Assembly (NCBI GenBank): GCA_937625935.1
Contig: OW569349.1
Coordinates: 1-64,000 of the forward strand
From: Tetramitus jugosus
Lineage: Eukaryota > Protista > Heterolobosea
Length of the DNA: 64,000 bases
Direction: 5' to 3'
Shown: positions 1 through 12,451 of the stretch, piece after piece
Position numbering within the stretch: position 1 is the stretch's first letter
How the letters are laid out: the number at the start of each line of letters is the position of its first letter
Position numbers and translations under genes: made by a program
The notes under the pieces: generated by a model
What the model was told of the DNA's origin: nothing
The model's database searches: none
What the model saw: only the letters and a program-made list of their open reading frames with translations

Positions 1-821
1 CCAACCCAAACCCAAACCCAAACCCAAACCCAAACCCAACCCCAAACCCAAACCCAAACCCAAACCCACCAACCCAAACCCCAAACCCACCCAAACCCAA
101 ACCCAACCCCAAACCCAAACCCAAACCCAAACCCAAACCCAAACCCAAACCCAAACCCAAACCCAAACCCAAACCCAAACCCAAACCCAAACCCAAACCC
201 AAACCCAAACCCAAACCCAAACCCAAACCCAAACCCAAACCCAAACCCAAACCCAAACCCAAACCCAAACCCAAACCCAAACCCAAACCCAAACCCAAAC
301 CCAAACCCAAACCCAAACCCAAACCCAAACCCAAACCCAAACCCAAACCCAAACCCAAACCCAAACCCAAACCCAAACCCAAACCCAAACCCAAACCCAA
401 ACCCAAACCCAAACCCAAACCCAAACCCAAACCCAAACCCAAACCCAAACCCAAACCCAAACCCAAACCCAAACCCAAACCCAAACCCAAACCCAAACCC
501 AAACCCAAACCCAAACCCAAACCCAAACCCAAACCCAAACCCAAACCCAAACCCAAACCCAAACCCAAACCCAAACCCAAACCCAAACCCAAACCCAAAC
601 CCAAACCCAAACCCAAACCCAAACCCAAACCCAAACCCAAACCCAAACCCAAACCCAAACCCAAACCCAAACCCAAACCCAAACCCAAACCCAAACCCAA
701 ACCCAAACCCAAACCCAAACCCAAACCCAAACCCAAACCCAAACCCAAACCCAAACCCAAACCCAAACCCAAACCCAAACCCAAACCCAAACCCAAACCC
801 AAACCCAAACCCAAACCCAAA
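1..821. repeat. Telomeric repeat (CCCAAA)n, i.e. TTTGGG on the G-strand
   Basis: Near-perfect hexamer array from base 1 with a few variant units in the first ~115 nt; C-rich strand at the 5' end, as expected for a left chromosome end. Confidence 0.97.
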
Positions 822-3170
822 TGAACTTTCTTCCCAAAAATCAAAAATTTCATTCGAATTCAAAACAGAACCGATCTATCATCTAAAATCTGATCAAATA
901 AGATAAATGGAAGTTAAACCACTCGCCCCATTTCTATTTCCATCATTTGACATTCACTCCTCAGCTTTTGTCCAAAACAGAAATCTCCTCATAAAAAGCT
1001 CAACATCTGGAAAGCTTAGAGGCAATCAAGTGAGTCATATACACGTTTTACATGTAATCATTTCTATTTCTCTTCAGTAATGACAGGTTGTGTCTGGGTA
1101 TTCAACTCTGCATCCAAGGAAGTCTGAATAATAGAAATATATTTCTCTCACGAGCCAATCTCACTCCAAAATAGTATTTTCTGCAATATTTCTCAGTCAA
1201 TTACGTTCATAGGTATGAATTCTTATCAACAAGCAAGATCTACTCTTATTTTATGAAGATTGGGTCTGGACTATTACTCTGCACTCATCTTACGAACTGA
1301 GAAGTTTAAATCTCATTCTGCCTGTCAAATATGTCAAAATATTCCCTTCAAGAATGAAATCTCTCGTTCATCATCAATAATTCGGTACAAATTAGTTGAT
1401 TTCTCCAGTTCAAGAGTGTTTCATATGATTCACAAAATGAAATTCAAAAAATGAGCCTATTCGACCTAAACTATTTCATTCAACAATGAAATATCTCAAT
1501 TTTATCCGTAATATCTCTAAAACCGGTGATAATCTTCAGGTCAAGAGAATTTTAAGTCAATCAAAAGCCAGAGCACCGAAATGCAACTCAATATGTCAAA
1601 CAACAACAAAAAAGAACAGAAATAACTGAATTAATGCTTCAAATGAATACTAGAGGTCTAAAATTTCAGTCTAAAATCTGTAAAAACTGTTCTCTTATCA
1701 TACAGTCCAGTGATAATCTCAAGCTTTTCTGAAAAATCCTTTCATAGAAGTCTGTTGCAGTTTTTATCCTGTTGCAGAGAAAATCTGTTAGTTACAGCAG
1801 GGAGCGATCGTCTCTTCGAGATGATAGAGTTTTAATCCTGTTAAATCCTGTTAGAGCTCGTTGAGATGAAGTATTTGTACTGAAAATTCCTTCGGGTTGG
1901 GTCTAGACTTATGACATGAACCCCAAACTCAAACTCAAAACTCTCCCATATTTAGACAATCCTCTTCCATAAAAGGCAATATTTTGTCGGTTCAGAAGCG
2001 AATATAAAGTCCCAAACCCAAAACCCACCCCCCCAGAAGAAGAACTTTCCCAAGATTTTCAGTCTATAACATTCGTAAAACTGAATTGGCGTTCAACAAA
2101 GCTAGTACTCTCGATTTCTGACGGGTTGAGTCTGGCGTTTCAACTATAAACTCGATTCACATTTGAAACTTGACTATTTCACTGTCTTACAGGATTTTAA
2201 ATCGAAAAGTCTCAATAATAGATAAAACATCTGATCCTACAGTGATTATTTGATAAAAACTCTCGATTTTATCCAGAAAAACACTAAATCAAGTCAGTCA
2301 AAATTTCTGAAAAATCAGGTACTCAGAAACTGAGGCAAAAAATAAAGTTGGAAGATAATTATGTTAAAAATGATCAAATACTGTCTCAATACCCTGATTC
2401 AAAACAAAGAAATCATGTTTCACTCGTACGTCTTACCCCCAGTATAGAATCAAAGTCATCTAAAATCTGTTGCAGTTTTAACACTGTTGCAGATAAAAAT
2501 CTGTTAAATACAGCACAGATATATCGGCTCTACGAGCCGATAAAGCTCAAATCGAGTTGAAAACCACGCTAATCTCTTCATCTCATCTATCTGAAGCTCA
2601 TAGAGCAATAAAAAATCTCAAAAAAAAATTACCATATAAGGAAATCGTTTCCTTAGGTTGGGGAATCCTGGATGTATCCCCAAACCCAAACCCAACCCCC
2701 AGAGTCAATGAATATGTGAAAGAGTAAGAGAGAAATCTAATTCAGTTGTTAGATCTGAAATACCATCTAAATCAACTGATCTGTTAACTCGTAGTTCTGA
2801 AAAACGATTTTACTGAGCAAATGATTTTTTTTTGACCAAAAGCCAAAAAAAAAAGCTTTTTTTTACATGAAGCAGTTTTTATACTCGAAAAAATGACTTG
2901 TTTTTATGATTGAGACAAGAGGGTATGTCGTTACATGCTCAACTCAACCTACATCTTCCGCATTTTTTGTGCTCTTTCTAACAACACCAGCAGCATGGCT
3001 TGAAACCGCCTGGAAGTCTGGTTTGGGTCGTAGTATAATTACCACCCAAACCCAAACCCAAACCCTTCACACTCGCTCCCCCCTGAAAATTGTTGCAACC
3101 CCTACACCATACAAATTCAGCTCATAAAATTCGTTGGTGTCACACAAACCCAAACAAATCTTTCACCCCA
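822..3170. repeat. Telomere-associated non-coding DNA with interstitial telomere-like tracts and degenerate internal repeats
   Basis: No credible ORFs. CCCAAA-like tracts at ~1920, ~2010, ~2678 and ~3043; segment ~1750-1830 is degenerately repeated at ~2462-2550. Confidence 0.7.
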
Positions 3171-3176
3171 ATTGAG

Positions 3177-4677
3177 ATGTCATTGAAGGTAAGTGCTGAT
3201 GTTTGGCATGACATATTCACTTTCATTCCAATGCATGAACCACAGCTACACGACTTGATGCTTGTATGTAAACCCTTTTTTGATGTTTTATCAAAAATGG
3301 ATCAAGTCAAATGTTGTCAATTAGCTGCACACTTGGAACAAAGAATAGAGCATATTTATGAGCTTCCCTCATTGGACTTCTTAAAAACACCACAAGCGAG
3401 AAAGATAATGAAAGCACAAATGCGATTCTTAGGGTTTAATCAACTTTTGGATCGTGTATCATATCTGGTTCATTGAAAAGGTTGATTTTCAGTGTTTTGA
3501 AGTGGAAACATTAATATCAGATCTGAAAACATTATTTAGTAGATTGGATGATCTGACTGAAGAACAATGTCCAAATGTTGGAGAAATATGGACTTTATTA
3601 GAGAAATGCGAGAATTATTGTACGAAACGTTTCGAAAATCATGCAACACTTGTTCAGAGTTTCAAACCACAACGAGATTATATTGTTGACAGTGTTGCAG
3701 CTAAATGCTACTCGCTAATTATCGAACAGCAACTAAAAGATATCAACATAGATTATTGTATTTGAGTGCTGCAAACTATGGATTCTGGAATGATGAAGAG
3801 CCACATATTCTCGAATACATTCCAGAATCTCCAAAAACAGATGAGGAGATCGTACTGAAGTGCCTGCAGAACGATGGATATGCTTACATTTATGTTGATG
3901 AATCGTTCGCACATGACAAAATATTCAGATGACGAAGCAATGATATCATCTGCAGTAGAAGTGGATGCAGCTTTTATCGAGAACGCATCTGAGAAACTAT
4001 TGAATGACAGAGAGTTCCTTCAAAGAATAGTTACTGTTGAACCATACTGTCTGGAATACTTGCCGTTGATCGCAAGGAATGACAAAAGGATTGTGATAAA
4101 AGCGATTCGAGAGAATCCAGTCGTGGTGGAATTCGTGTCAGAGGAACTGAAAAATGATCGAGACATTGTAATGCGTTGTATGAAACATGAATTAGCATCT
4201 GTGGCTTTAAATCATCTTCCTGAATACTGGAGAGATGACTATGATGTTATTTTGACGGCTGTGACAAATTGTGGTCCAGCTTTACATTACGCCTCTGAGC
4301 CATTACGAAACAATACAACTCTTGTTGAAGCTGCAATCGAACATGGACAGTATTCTGTAATTGAATACTTGTCAGATGAGCTCAGAAATTGCAAAAGTTT
4401 AATGATGAAGCTAATTGTGGCATTTCCGGGAAGTACCTTACTGTTGGATGTGTCTGCTGATCTTAAAAATGATCTGGAGGTTGTATGGACTGGTGTTAAT
4501 ACAATGCATGAAGAAGAATATTTTTGTGAATACACTTCAGAGAATATCCAGAACAAAGTGCAAGAAATACAGAAATTGAATTCAGAAAAATCGATCAAAG
4601 CAGCAATTGAAGAACTCTGGAGACAATTCACAGATGGAAAGCAGGACATGAGCCAACCTTTCAATGAGTATAATTGA
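3177..4677 (+). pseudogene. F-box + DUF4116-like repeat protein, frameshifted
   Basis: F-box-like start (SADVWHDIFTFIP..LMLVCKPF); repeats of the type SEELKNDRDIV / ASEPLRNN; split over four overlapping ORFs (3090, 3454, 3705, 3874). Confidence 0.7.
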
Positions 4678-4841
4678 ATTGTGAGTTGTAGGCTTGAAGT
4701 CTGGAGAATTCCTTGATAGCCGTAATAAACATGTTCCTCCAACTGTTTTGGATCGGCCGGTGGCAAAAAAGTAAGCGGGTGAGGTCAATCACAACAGTCC
4801 ACAGTCCACGACCTCTTCTCCACACACAAAAGTCGCGAAAA

Positions 4842-5760
4842 ATGGCCTTGTACCATTTCTCGTTTTTCCAAAGTTGTCACCAAGAATGCAAAGGAGTGGG
4901 AGTGCCGATTTAATACACAGTTACAACATTACAGAAAATTCACCAAAACCAATATCCATTTGTGTGGATGTGAGAAGGAATGAGATTATCACCACCTCTA
5001 TGTTTGAAGGTGTCTTTGTGTACAACGTCAAAGGTGAATGCCTCCGTTTCAGTCCCACAGTGATGCGTTATATTGGTCCAAGTGTTGTGAATTCTAGTGG
5101 AGATGTGTTTGCTCCAAGCAATGGAATGTATATCATGAAACTGGATTCAAAATTGGCCACAAGTGTGACTTCATTTGGTGAGAAGGGAGATAAACCTGAT
5201 CAGTTTAAATGTGCCAATATTTTAGCAGTTGACAACAATGATAACATTTATGTGGGAGATAGAGACACGGACAAGGTTCAAGTTTTTAGACCAGATTTCT
5301 CCTTACTTCATATAATTGATCCACTTGAAGAGGCAGTTAAACGGTCCAGAAAACACAGCATAAGTGATATTGCCATCTATAATAATAAGATATATGTGTG
5401 TGATTCAAATCGAGTACGAGTGTATAGTCTCGATGGCAAGTATCTGTTTCAATTCAAAGTCAAAGCACCTATCACTGATTTAGAGGCAGCTGAACTGTGC
5501 TCAACTCAAAAGCATAGAGAAGCAAGTGGAATGACCATAACCAACCAGGGTGAATTGATTATATCTGATCGGTTTCAAAACTGCATTCAAGTTTTTGATG
5601 CTTACACTGGTGGTTTTATTGCTAGATTTGGTACGAGCAATGGAGGCTGTTAATGTTGACTAGTCAACATAGGGTGCTCACAAATGGCAATGCCCTATTC
5701 ACAAATATACCTCCATACAAGTAATTGATGTTTCCAACTGAGAAGATCCTGGTAGAGCCA
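4842..5760 (+). pseudogene. NHL-repeat beta-propeller protein, disrupted
   Basis: NHL motifs (FGEKGDKPDQF..LAVDNNDNIYVGDRDTDKVQVF; GELIISDRFQNCIQVFD); frame break near the start and a stop at 5653, with NHL-like sequence (IQVIDV) continuing out of frame. End approximate. Confidence 0.7.
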
Positions 5761-5928
5761 TGCTTATCACGCCAACACACCATTTGTTGGTGGTGGGAGT
5801 TTTTAGTATCTTCCCTTGTTTTTGTTGCATAGTACTTAACCAAGTCTATCGATTCCTGCTTTTGTTGTGAGAAGGAAGAAGGTATTGTGATAGACATAAC
5901 CTGAACTCAAGAGTTTATTCAAGAACAG

Positions 5929-7095
5929 TCACTCTTCCTGTAACTTTTCTCTTGACTTGTCGACCATTTTTTGAGCAACTACATCATAAGGCATCATAAG
6001 GATATTGATCCAAGTAATTAGAGAAAATAGTGAGTGCTTGCTTATAATCCCTTCAAGTGAAAGAAAGCCCTAGAGTACTCGAACCAAGTATCATTTTCTT
6101 TTGCGACATCCTGTGACAAATCCTGGGTCCATTCATCTGTGTTTCTGGATTCTCCCAGTTCATAGATGGACAGATCATTCGATGTCTCTATAGGACGTAA
6201 GTAGAAGAAATCTTTCATGGTTTGATAAACATCGTGAGTCACCATAATTCTTGTACCCCAAGTCTCATTCAAATGACATGCAGTGTGGGATTCAGTTGCT
6301 GCTCGCCCAACCACTGTGAATATTTTGGTTGATTCAGAGCCGATGTTTCCATAGAATGATGGACCAGAACTCAATCCGATTTGAATGTCCAAAAGTGGTA
6401 AACCTTTCAATCTCCAAATCTCTTGCAAACCTAGAGCAGCTCTCTGACAGCCAAGAGCAGTTTTTACCGCTCTGATTCGGTGGTCTGATTGAGCTATTAA
6501 GGTGTTCCAAGCGATGACGGCATGGGAGTGTGTGTGAGACACCAACTGAGCATTTGATTCTCTCACTTTATCCTTGGGCCAATTGAAGTAATTTGATAGT
6601 CTCAGCCAGTGCTGACAACCTCTTCAATGGAGCCATTAAACAGAAAGATGCCACAAGAGATATTATAACTCCCAGTAGTAGCAATACAAATGTTAGGCCA
6701 ACTAGGATTCCAACATCAATTTTGAAATCTCTAAAGAAGAGATCTCTCGGTAGAGCTTGCAATATGAGCCAATCCAAACCGTACTGATCTTTTAGCTCCC
6801 CAATGTTAAGCAGAAAATATCTTTGTTGAAACTCAAATATTCCATAAGCTGTTGATCCCATCTTCTCAGTTGGTGGCAGAATTTTGACCTGGAATAGCTC
6901 AGCATTTTCTTCATGAGTTCATTTTCACCAGTGCTTCCATCCAACCTCTTAATGGTCGAACCATCATTGGTGTAAACCAAAAACTTAGGATCGCTCGTGC
7001 TAATCAAGTGGCCGGTTGAACGCTCAATAATAACAATTTCGCTCGACCATTCAATCGATTTCTGATTCAAGAATAGTGAGATAGCTTCTGTTGAT
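5929..7095 (-). pseudogene. Receptor-type adenylate/guanylate cyclase fragment (extracellular sensor, TM, HAMP-like, class III cyclase)
   Basis: IGLSSGPSFYGNIGS..FTVVGRA cyclase motif; TM helix followed by PLKRLS; frameshifts, an internal deletion, 5' truncation and a 10-bp tandem duplication at 5982-6001. Confidence 0.8.
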
Positions 7096-7284
7096 TATTG
7101 GGTGATGTACTGGAGAATGAGATGTCTGAGCACGAAACTATTGTCAGTAAGGTCTGTAAATTCATCGTCCAAATAGCTATTTAGTTTTATTAAGTTTCGA
7201 ATAACAACACATAAACTCAATATCATTGAAATACGGTCTCTTATATCATTGATATAGCCTATATAATGGGTATGCACCAAGTAT

Positions 7285-8670
7285 TCAAATTATAGTATCA
7301 TAGTAGAATAAGAAATTAGATTCTTCTATTGGACAGTCTTGCTGCTCTGTTAGTGAATTCATAGCTTGTCGTAACATGTTGACATCAACACTATCATCCA
7401 CATTTGTCTGTGTGATACCTTCCAGCTCACGAGCTGCATTGGCTGCATCCTCAAATTTCGTTCTATTTCCTATATTACATGCTCTCAGAATCCATTCATA
7501 GAGGTGTTTTGATATCTTGTTACTTTCTTCAGGATGTGTCTCACAAATACAAGTAACACATTCTGCCATCACTTTTCCTAATGCAAATATATCTACTCTA
7601 AAAGATGTGCTGCGCGACCGTTTATCACGATACTTCTCAGTTTGCCACATTCCTTTATCTCCCACATGAGCTAATCCTCCCAAATCTATCAACCGTACCG
7701 ATATATTTTCTCCATTCATAGTAAAAGCAATATTATCTGGTTTTATGTCACCGTGTACTGATCTATGATATGAATGCAGATGGTGCACACACGATACTGC
7801 TCCATGTACAATAGAAACTATACTGTACAGTGACATCTGTTCTTCTCTTTTCTGAATTTTTCTCAACAAGTTTCCCAAAGTGTCACCACAATAATTGAGA
7901 ACAATAAAGAATCTGGGTTTAAATCTAAGTTCCTCATCATAGCAAATCCAATATGCATCTATAATTGCATTATAATGATTATTGGGACGATATGTAAAAT
8001 TAAAAACCTTCCATTCCTTAAAGAAATTATCAAATGGGTCCGTTTGATCAATTTTGAAAGGGTCTAAAGTATGAACTAACTCCTTTTCTACAACAAGCAG
8101 ATTGTGAACCTCTTCTAGAAAGTGTTGAAATATATCACCAACACTTCGTTCAACAGTGTCCGCTTTCTTGATATAAAATTCTTTTCTGGCATAAACCGTA
8201 TTGGGATCACCCTTCTTTTTTACTAGTTGTACTCTACCAGCACCTCCAGATGATACATTATCGTTCACAGGCCCAACACTAACATAATTATCATCACCTC
8301 TTGGTTGTATCAACTCATTATAAATATTCTGCTTGTTACATATCTTGATAACCCTATTCAGGAGATTAACTATGTCTTTTTTCATGTTTTCATTGATTTT
8401 TTGCAACATAACGAGCTCAATCACCACCTTATTCATGCTCTGATTCGAGTAGATTTTATTTCGTTCGAGTTCAATAGGAACCTTGATTGGGATTTTTCTG
8501 TCAACTATTACTTGAGTAAGATGATCAATTATCCAAAAAATAGCGCTGTTATGGGTATCATCATAGGTGATTAGTTGAAAGCCAAACCTGTTGTCCCAGA
8601 TTGTAGATGAACGATATTCGTCAATCTCTTTTAGATTGAACTTAATTTCGAGTGCGCGAATGTCGTTCAT
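7285..8670 (-). CDS. Divergent non-RD Ser/Thr protein kinase with unrecognised N-terminal domain (paralog of 20886-22229)
   Basis: SSGGAGRV, YARKEF, FLEE, HGDIKPDN, IDLGG, DIFALG; intact and intronless; first plausible ATG at 8670 (MNDIRALE). Confidence 0.85.
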   Translation of the reverse strand: MNDIRALEIKFNLKEIDEYRSSTIWDNRFGFQLITYDDTHNSAIFWIIDHLTQVIVDRKIPIKVPIELERNKIYSNQSMNKVVIELVMLQKINENMKKDIVNLLNRVIKICNKQNIYNELIQPRGDDNYVSVGPVNDNVSSGGAGRVQLVKKKGDPNTVYARKEFYIKKADTVERSVGDIFQHFLEEVHNLLVVEKELVHTLDPFKIDQTDPFDNFFKEWKVFNFTYRPNNHYNAIIDAYWICYDEELRFKPRFFIVLNYCGDTLGNLLRKIQKREEQMSLYSIVSIVHGAVSCVHHLHSYHRSVHGDIKPDNIAFTMNGENISVRLIDLGGLAHVGDKGMWQTEKYRDKRSRSTSFRVDIFALGKVMAECVTCICETHPEESNKISKHLYEWILRACNIGNRTKFEDAANAARELEGITQTNVDDSVDVNMLRQAMNSLTEQQDCPIEESNFLFYYDTII

Positions 8671-8962
8671 GTTGTGTTTTTTTCTGATGATTAGGATTCG
8701 AACCGAATAAAAATCAGCCAAAGGACTTTTCGGTTTCACCCCACAATCTCCGCCTCCAATTTTCATTTTTCCGTTTGGCGTTGGTTGCAACAATGTTGGA
8801 GATACGAAACGGTCGCTCTTCAACTTATCGGACATTTGGACATATCTCCGTGGTGCTGGATGCTCCACCGCTGCGAAAAACGCCGTCAAGTTTTTTTAAA
8901 CCAAGAAAGCAAAAACAAACTACTTTCAGCAATCGTTATTTCAGGACCCAAGAAGACATTTC

Positions 8963-11506
8963 ATGACTATTGACAATGCAGAAACAGACCAATTTTAACC
9001 CAAGTGAGTGATTCAAGACTCAACTATTGGAGAGAAGACTTGGATTGCACCAGAACAAGATCAAGAGGATGAAGACGATACCAACAGTGATGACAATCAT
9101 GATGAAAATAAGAATGAGTCATCATCTTCTGCGAGCTCCAACGGTTGCAAATCGTGCTAAAACCAAGGGAGAAACAAAGAATAGAACTAGCCGGAGTTTC
9201 TCAACGGGCACGACGAGTGCAGGGCGCAAATGGTTCTCCAAACAATTCGTTTCCAGTGGAGACGAGGGCAGTGAAGCATCGGACCGGTCAAGTGAAGCAT
9301 CGGACCGGTCACACATTAGTGTTGATCAGGATGATGATAGCACTGGAGCAACAGTGTCTTCTTCGACGACTCCTACCTTCAATGCTACTATTAGTTCCTT
9401 GGTCACACGGCGTCCGTCTTCTACTTCTCAAGAACCCTTAGGAAACAGTGACAACAGTGATGATGCATTCTCTGCATCCGCACCCATCAATGTCGACAAT
9501 GTAGATAAGAAGGAAGTGTTACTCCTGTTCCTTCTTCAACATGTTTGTCAACAGTTCACTCCTGATACAACCTATTTCAAGAGCATGTGCACTCAATTGT
9601 TAGAGTGTGGCTATCTGTCTGATTCTCGATCTGGATCACAATTGTCTAAAGTCTGTGTGCAAGGACTTTATGCTTGATGTTATTTCAAATTGGCCAGCCT
9701 TTTCCGAAGCGGCTCCACAAGGTGAGATTACATAAGGAGCCGCCTCGAAATCAAAGCTCCGGAGATCGGAATCTGTTGGTTCCTTCCTCTCTGGTCTCGG
9801 AAGAGACATGGAAATGTCAAGAAGTGGAAATCTACTCGTGTCATCAACAGTGCTTCCATTCTTTGATTTCATGTTTTACTTAACTTCTCGATTCAAGCAA
9901 GATTGGGGCAGCAAGGCTAAGCTAGGAAAGGGAGCCATTGGTTCTGTATTTCGGTCACGTCATCGCATCGATGGTTATGAATATGCCATCAAGAGAATCA
10001 AGTTCTGTTTCCGAAATAAGCTCGAACTTGAGCAAACATACGCAAAGGTTATTCGTGAGGTGAAGTTGTTGGCAAGCTTGGATCATCCGAATATCGTGCG
10101 ATACAATAAAGCATGGTTCGAACCTAGTTGGGAAGATACTGACTATGGCGAGCCAGAAAACAGCGATGACGATGAAGAGGATGACTTTGATTCAGAGAAA
10201 GTGGATGATTTCGAATACAACATCAACGATGGAAGCACTGTCAATAGTGGAAGCAGTGGATTTGCTAATATAGGTGTTGATGCAAATATCAAGAGGGCCA
10301 ATGACGATTGTGCGAATAATGTTCAGTTTAGTTTTGATGAAGAGGCTGACCCTGCTTCTCCCTTCACCCCGAGCATGCCGCTCAATTCAGATAACGTCAA
10401 GTTTGAATGTTCAAGTGATGACGATTCTGTAATTAGTCTTGTTCAACTCCCCGAAGAGCCACACCCATACGACAAGTATCAATCATCATTTATTGCTCCT
10501 TCCCCACAGGATATGAGCTACCTAGAATATGCCATCAAACAGAAGCAACAAGGAACAGCAACCAGACAACCAATAGTTCCTCACCGCTCCATAACTGAAA
10601 AGGTGACTAATTCCCCAGCTGTTGTTGACAATTCAGTTCAGCAAGCAGTCAAGAATCTATTGGCCGAAATGTTCAACGAGAAGAAGAACAAGTTCGAAAT
10701 GTTTTTATATATTCAATGCAACTGTGTCAACAGAATACGTTGGAGATTTACATGTGGAATCAAAATCGTGTCCAACAATGCGTTGTAGATTATGGTCAAT
10801 GCATGAACTTTTTCAAGCAAATTGCCGAGGGTGTTGCCTACATTCACAGCAAGGAGCTTATGCATCGAGATCTCAAGCCAAAAAATGTATTTATTACCAA
10901 TGATAACATTTTCAAGATTGGAGACTTTGGCTTGGCTAAATCAGTGAGAGACAACCTTGTTCACACAAAGTTCAACAAACATGGCACAGAACATGGTGAC
11001 AAACAAATTGTTCAACGGTCTCAGAGTCCAATTGGATCAGATTTATCGGAGCACACATGCTTCACCAGAACAATATGCCACATCCATGTATAATGATAAG
11101 GCGGATGTGTTCACCCAGTCTGGGTGTCATTCTTTTTGAGATGTTGCATCCATTTGCTACAAAATCTGAGAGCTCACATATTGACTGGTCTACGGTCAGG
11201 CAAGATCCCAGATTCTAAGTAAGAGAAATATCCTGAGGAGATGGAGCTTGTGAAGAGGTGTATCGATTCAGCTCCAATGTCACGTCCAACAGCGAGAGAA
11301 GTCCTCACCATAACAAAGGGCATCCTAAGCAGAAGAGAAACGTGAATGGACAAAAGTCATACGCGCATCTCGACAGCAGTGTGAACATCACTCACATTGC
11401 CCAAACGAACGACGAAGTTGTCACTACGAAACCAGTGACCAACGACTTGGATGTTCGAATGTTATTACAACAAAAGGATGATGAGATTATGCAACTTAGA
11501 GCATGA
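8963..11506 (+). pseudogene. eIF2-alpha kinase (HRI/EIF2AK1-like), degraded
   Basis: HRI-like LLLFLLQHVC helical segment; LGKGAIGSV, YAIKRI, acidic kinase insert, HRDLKPKN, DFGLAK, ASPEQ; C-terminal coiled coil; several stops and frameshifts, and the activation-loop GT is deleted. Confidence 0.85.
9270..9311 (+). repeat. Perfect 21-bp tandem duplication AGTGAAGCATCGGACCGGTCA x2
   Basis: Read directly from the sequence; gives SEASDRS x2 in translation. Confidence 0.95.
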
Positions 11507-11507
11507 T

Positions 11508-12197
11508 TTATTCAATACAAACATCAGTATCTTGCAACCGGTCAGTCACAACCAATGGAGGTGGTGCAATCTTTTCACACAACCTCTGGATCAACGCTCC
11601 TTCATAGCTGGTGATGGGCAGTGACGAGATACAGCTTGAGTGGCTCATGTCAAAACATACAAGTTTTTCAGTGGCCATGTAAACACCATACTGAATTCTA
11701 CCCAATCTCAGGTAGGTACTCAGCTTGCAGGATGTTTCTGGCACAATGCAAGTGAAAGAAGTGGTGCCGTGTTCTTCCAAAAACTGCTGTCCCGCACGAA
11801 TTTCCCTGATGTCCGTGCAGAGAAGACTCACAGTCTCCTGTGTCTCCACTTCCAACTGCATTTTTGCGTAAGTAACAAAGTGCACAACCCTGTGGGGATA
11901 ACGATCAAGTAGTGTGAGGAGCCTGGGACACGCGCTTCAATTGGACTTGAACAATCCATTGTTATGGGTGCACCGTTTCCTAACAACATAATAAAGAAAA
12001 GAGGTCAGATACTTCAATCGTTGTATGTCATTCAATACAACCAAACCAAATTTTAAGATGTCCACAACATCTTCAAGATTTTTCCCCGCCAGCAAGCATG
12101 ATACTCCGCTAAATTCCCTAACGGCGAGACATAGGATGGCAATCTTTCTTTCATTGAAAGACAAGGGTAAGCGAGGAGCCATTGTAATCACACCCAT
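11508..12197 (-). pseudogene. Uncharacterised protein, split in two ORFs (possible transposon cargo)
   Basis: Adjacent same-strand ORFs 11937-12197 and 11508-11885 with protein-like composition; no family recognised. Confidence 0.35.
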
Positions 12198-12451
12198 CGA
12201 GTCTGGAGTATCTTCCCTTTCAAATCGAAATGGCTCTCACGTCAGTTGTTGTTGAATTGGATGATGGAACGAGAAAGACATTTCAATGCATTTTGCGGAG
12301 AAATAGGTTCAATTTTTTCATTGCACTTGTTTTTTCCTCAAGTGCGAGTAGGAAAATCCCACGAATCAGCGATGTGGGAGTTTTACACAAATAAATTGTT
12401 GTATTCAAAAAAGTTTATAGCTTGGAAATAGAAGAATCGAGTAACCTACCT

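Noticed and set aside
1-821. Repeat array as CRISPR or satellite
   Set aside because: Uninterrupted hexamer with no spacers, at the contig end: telomere.
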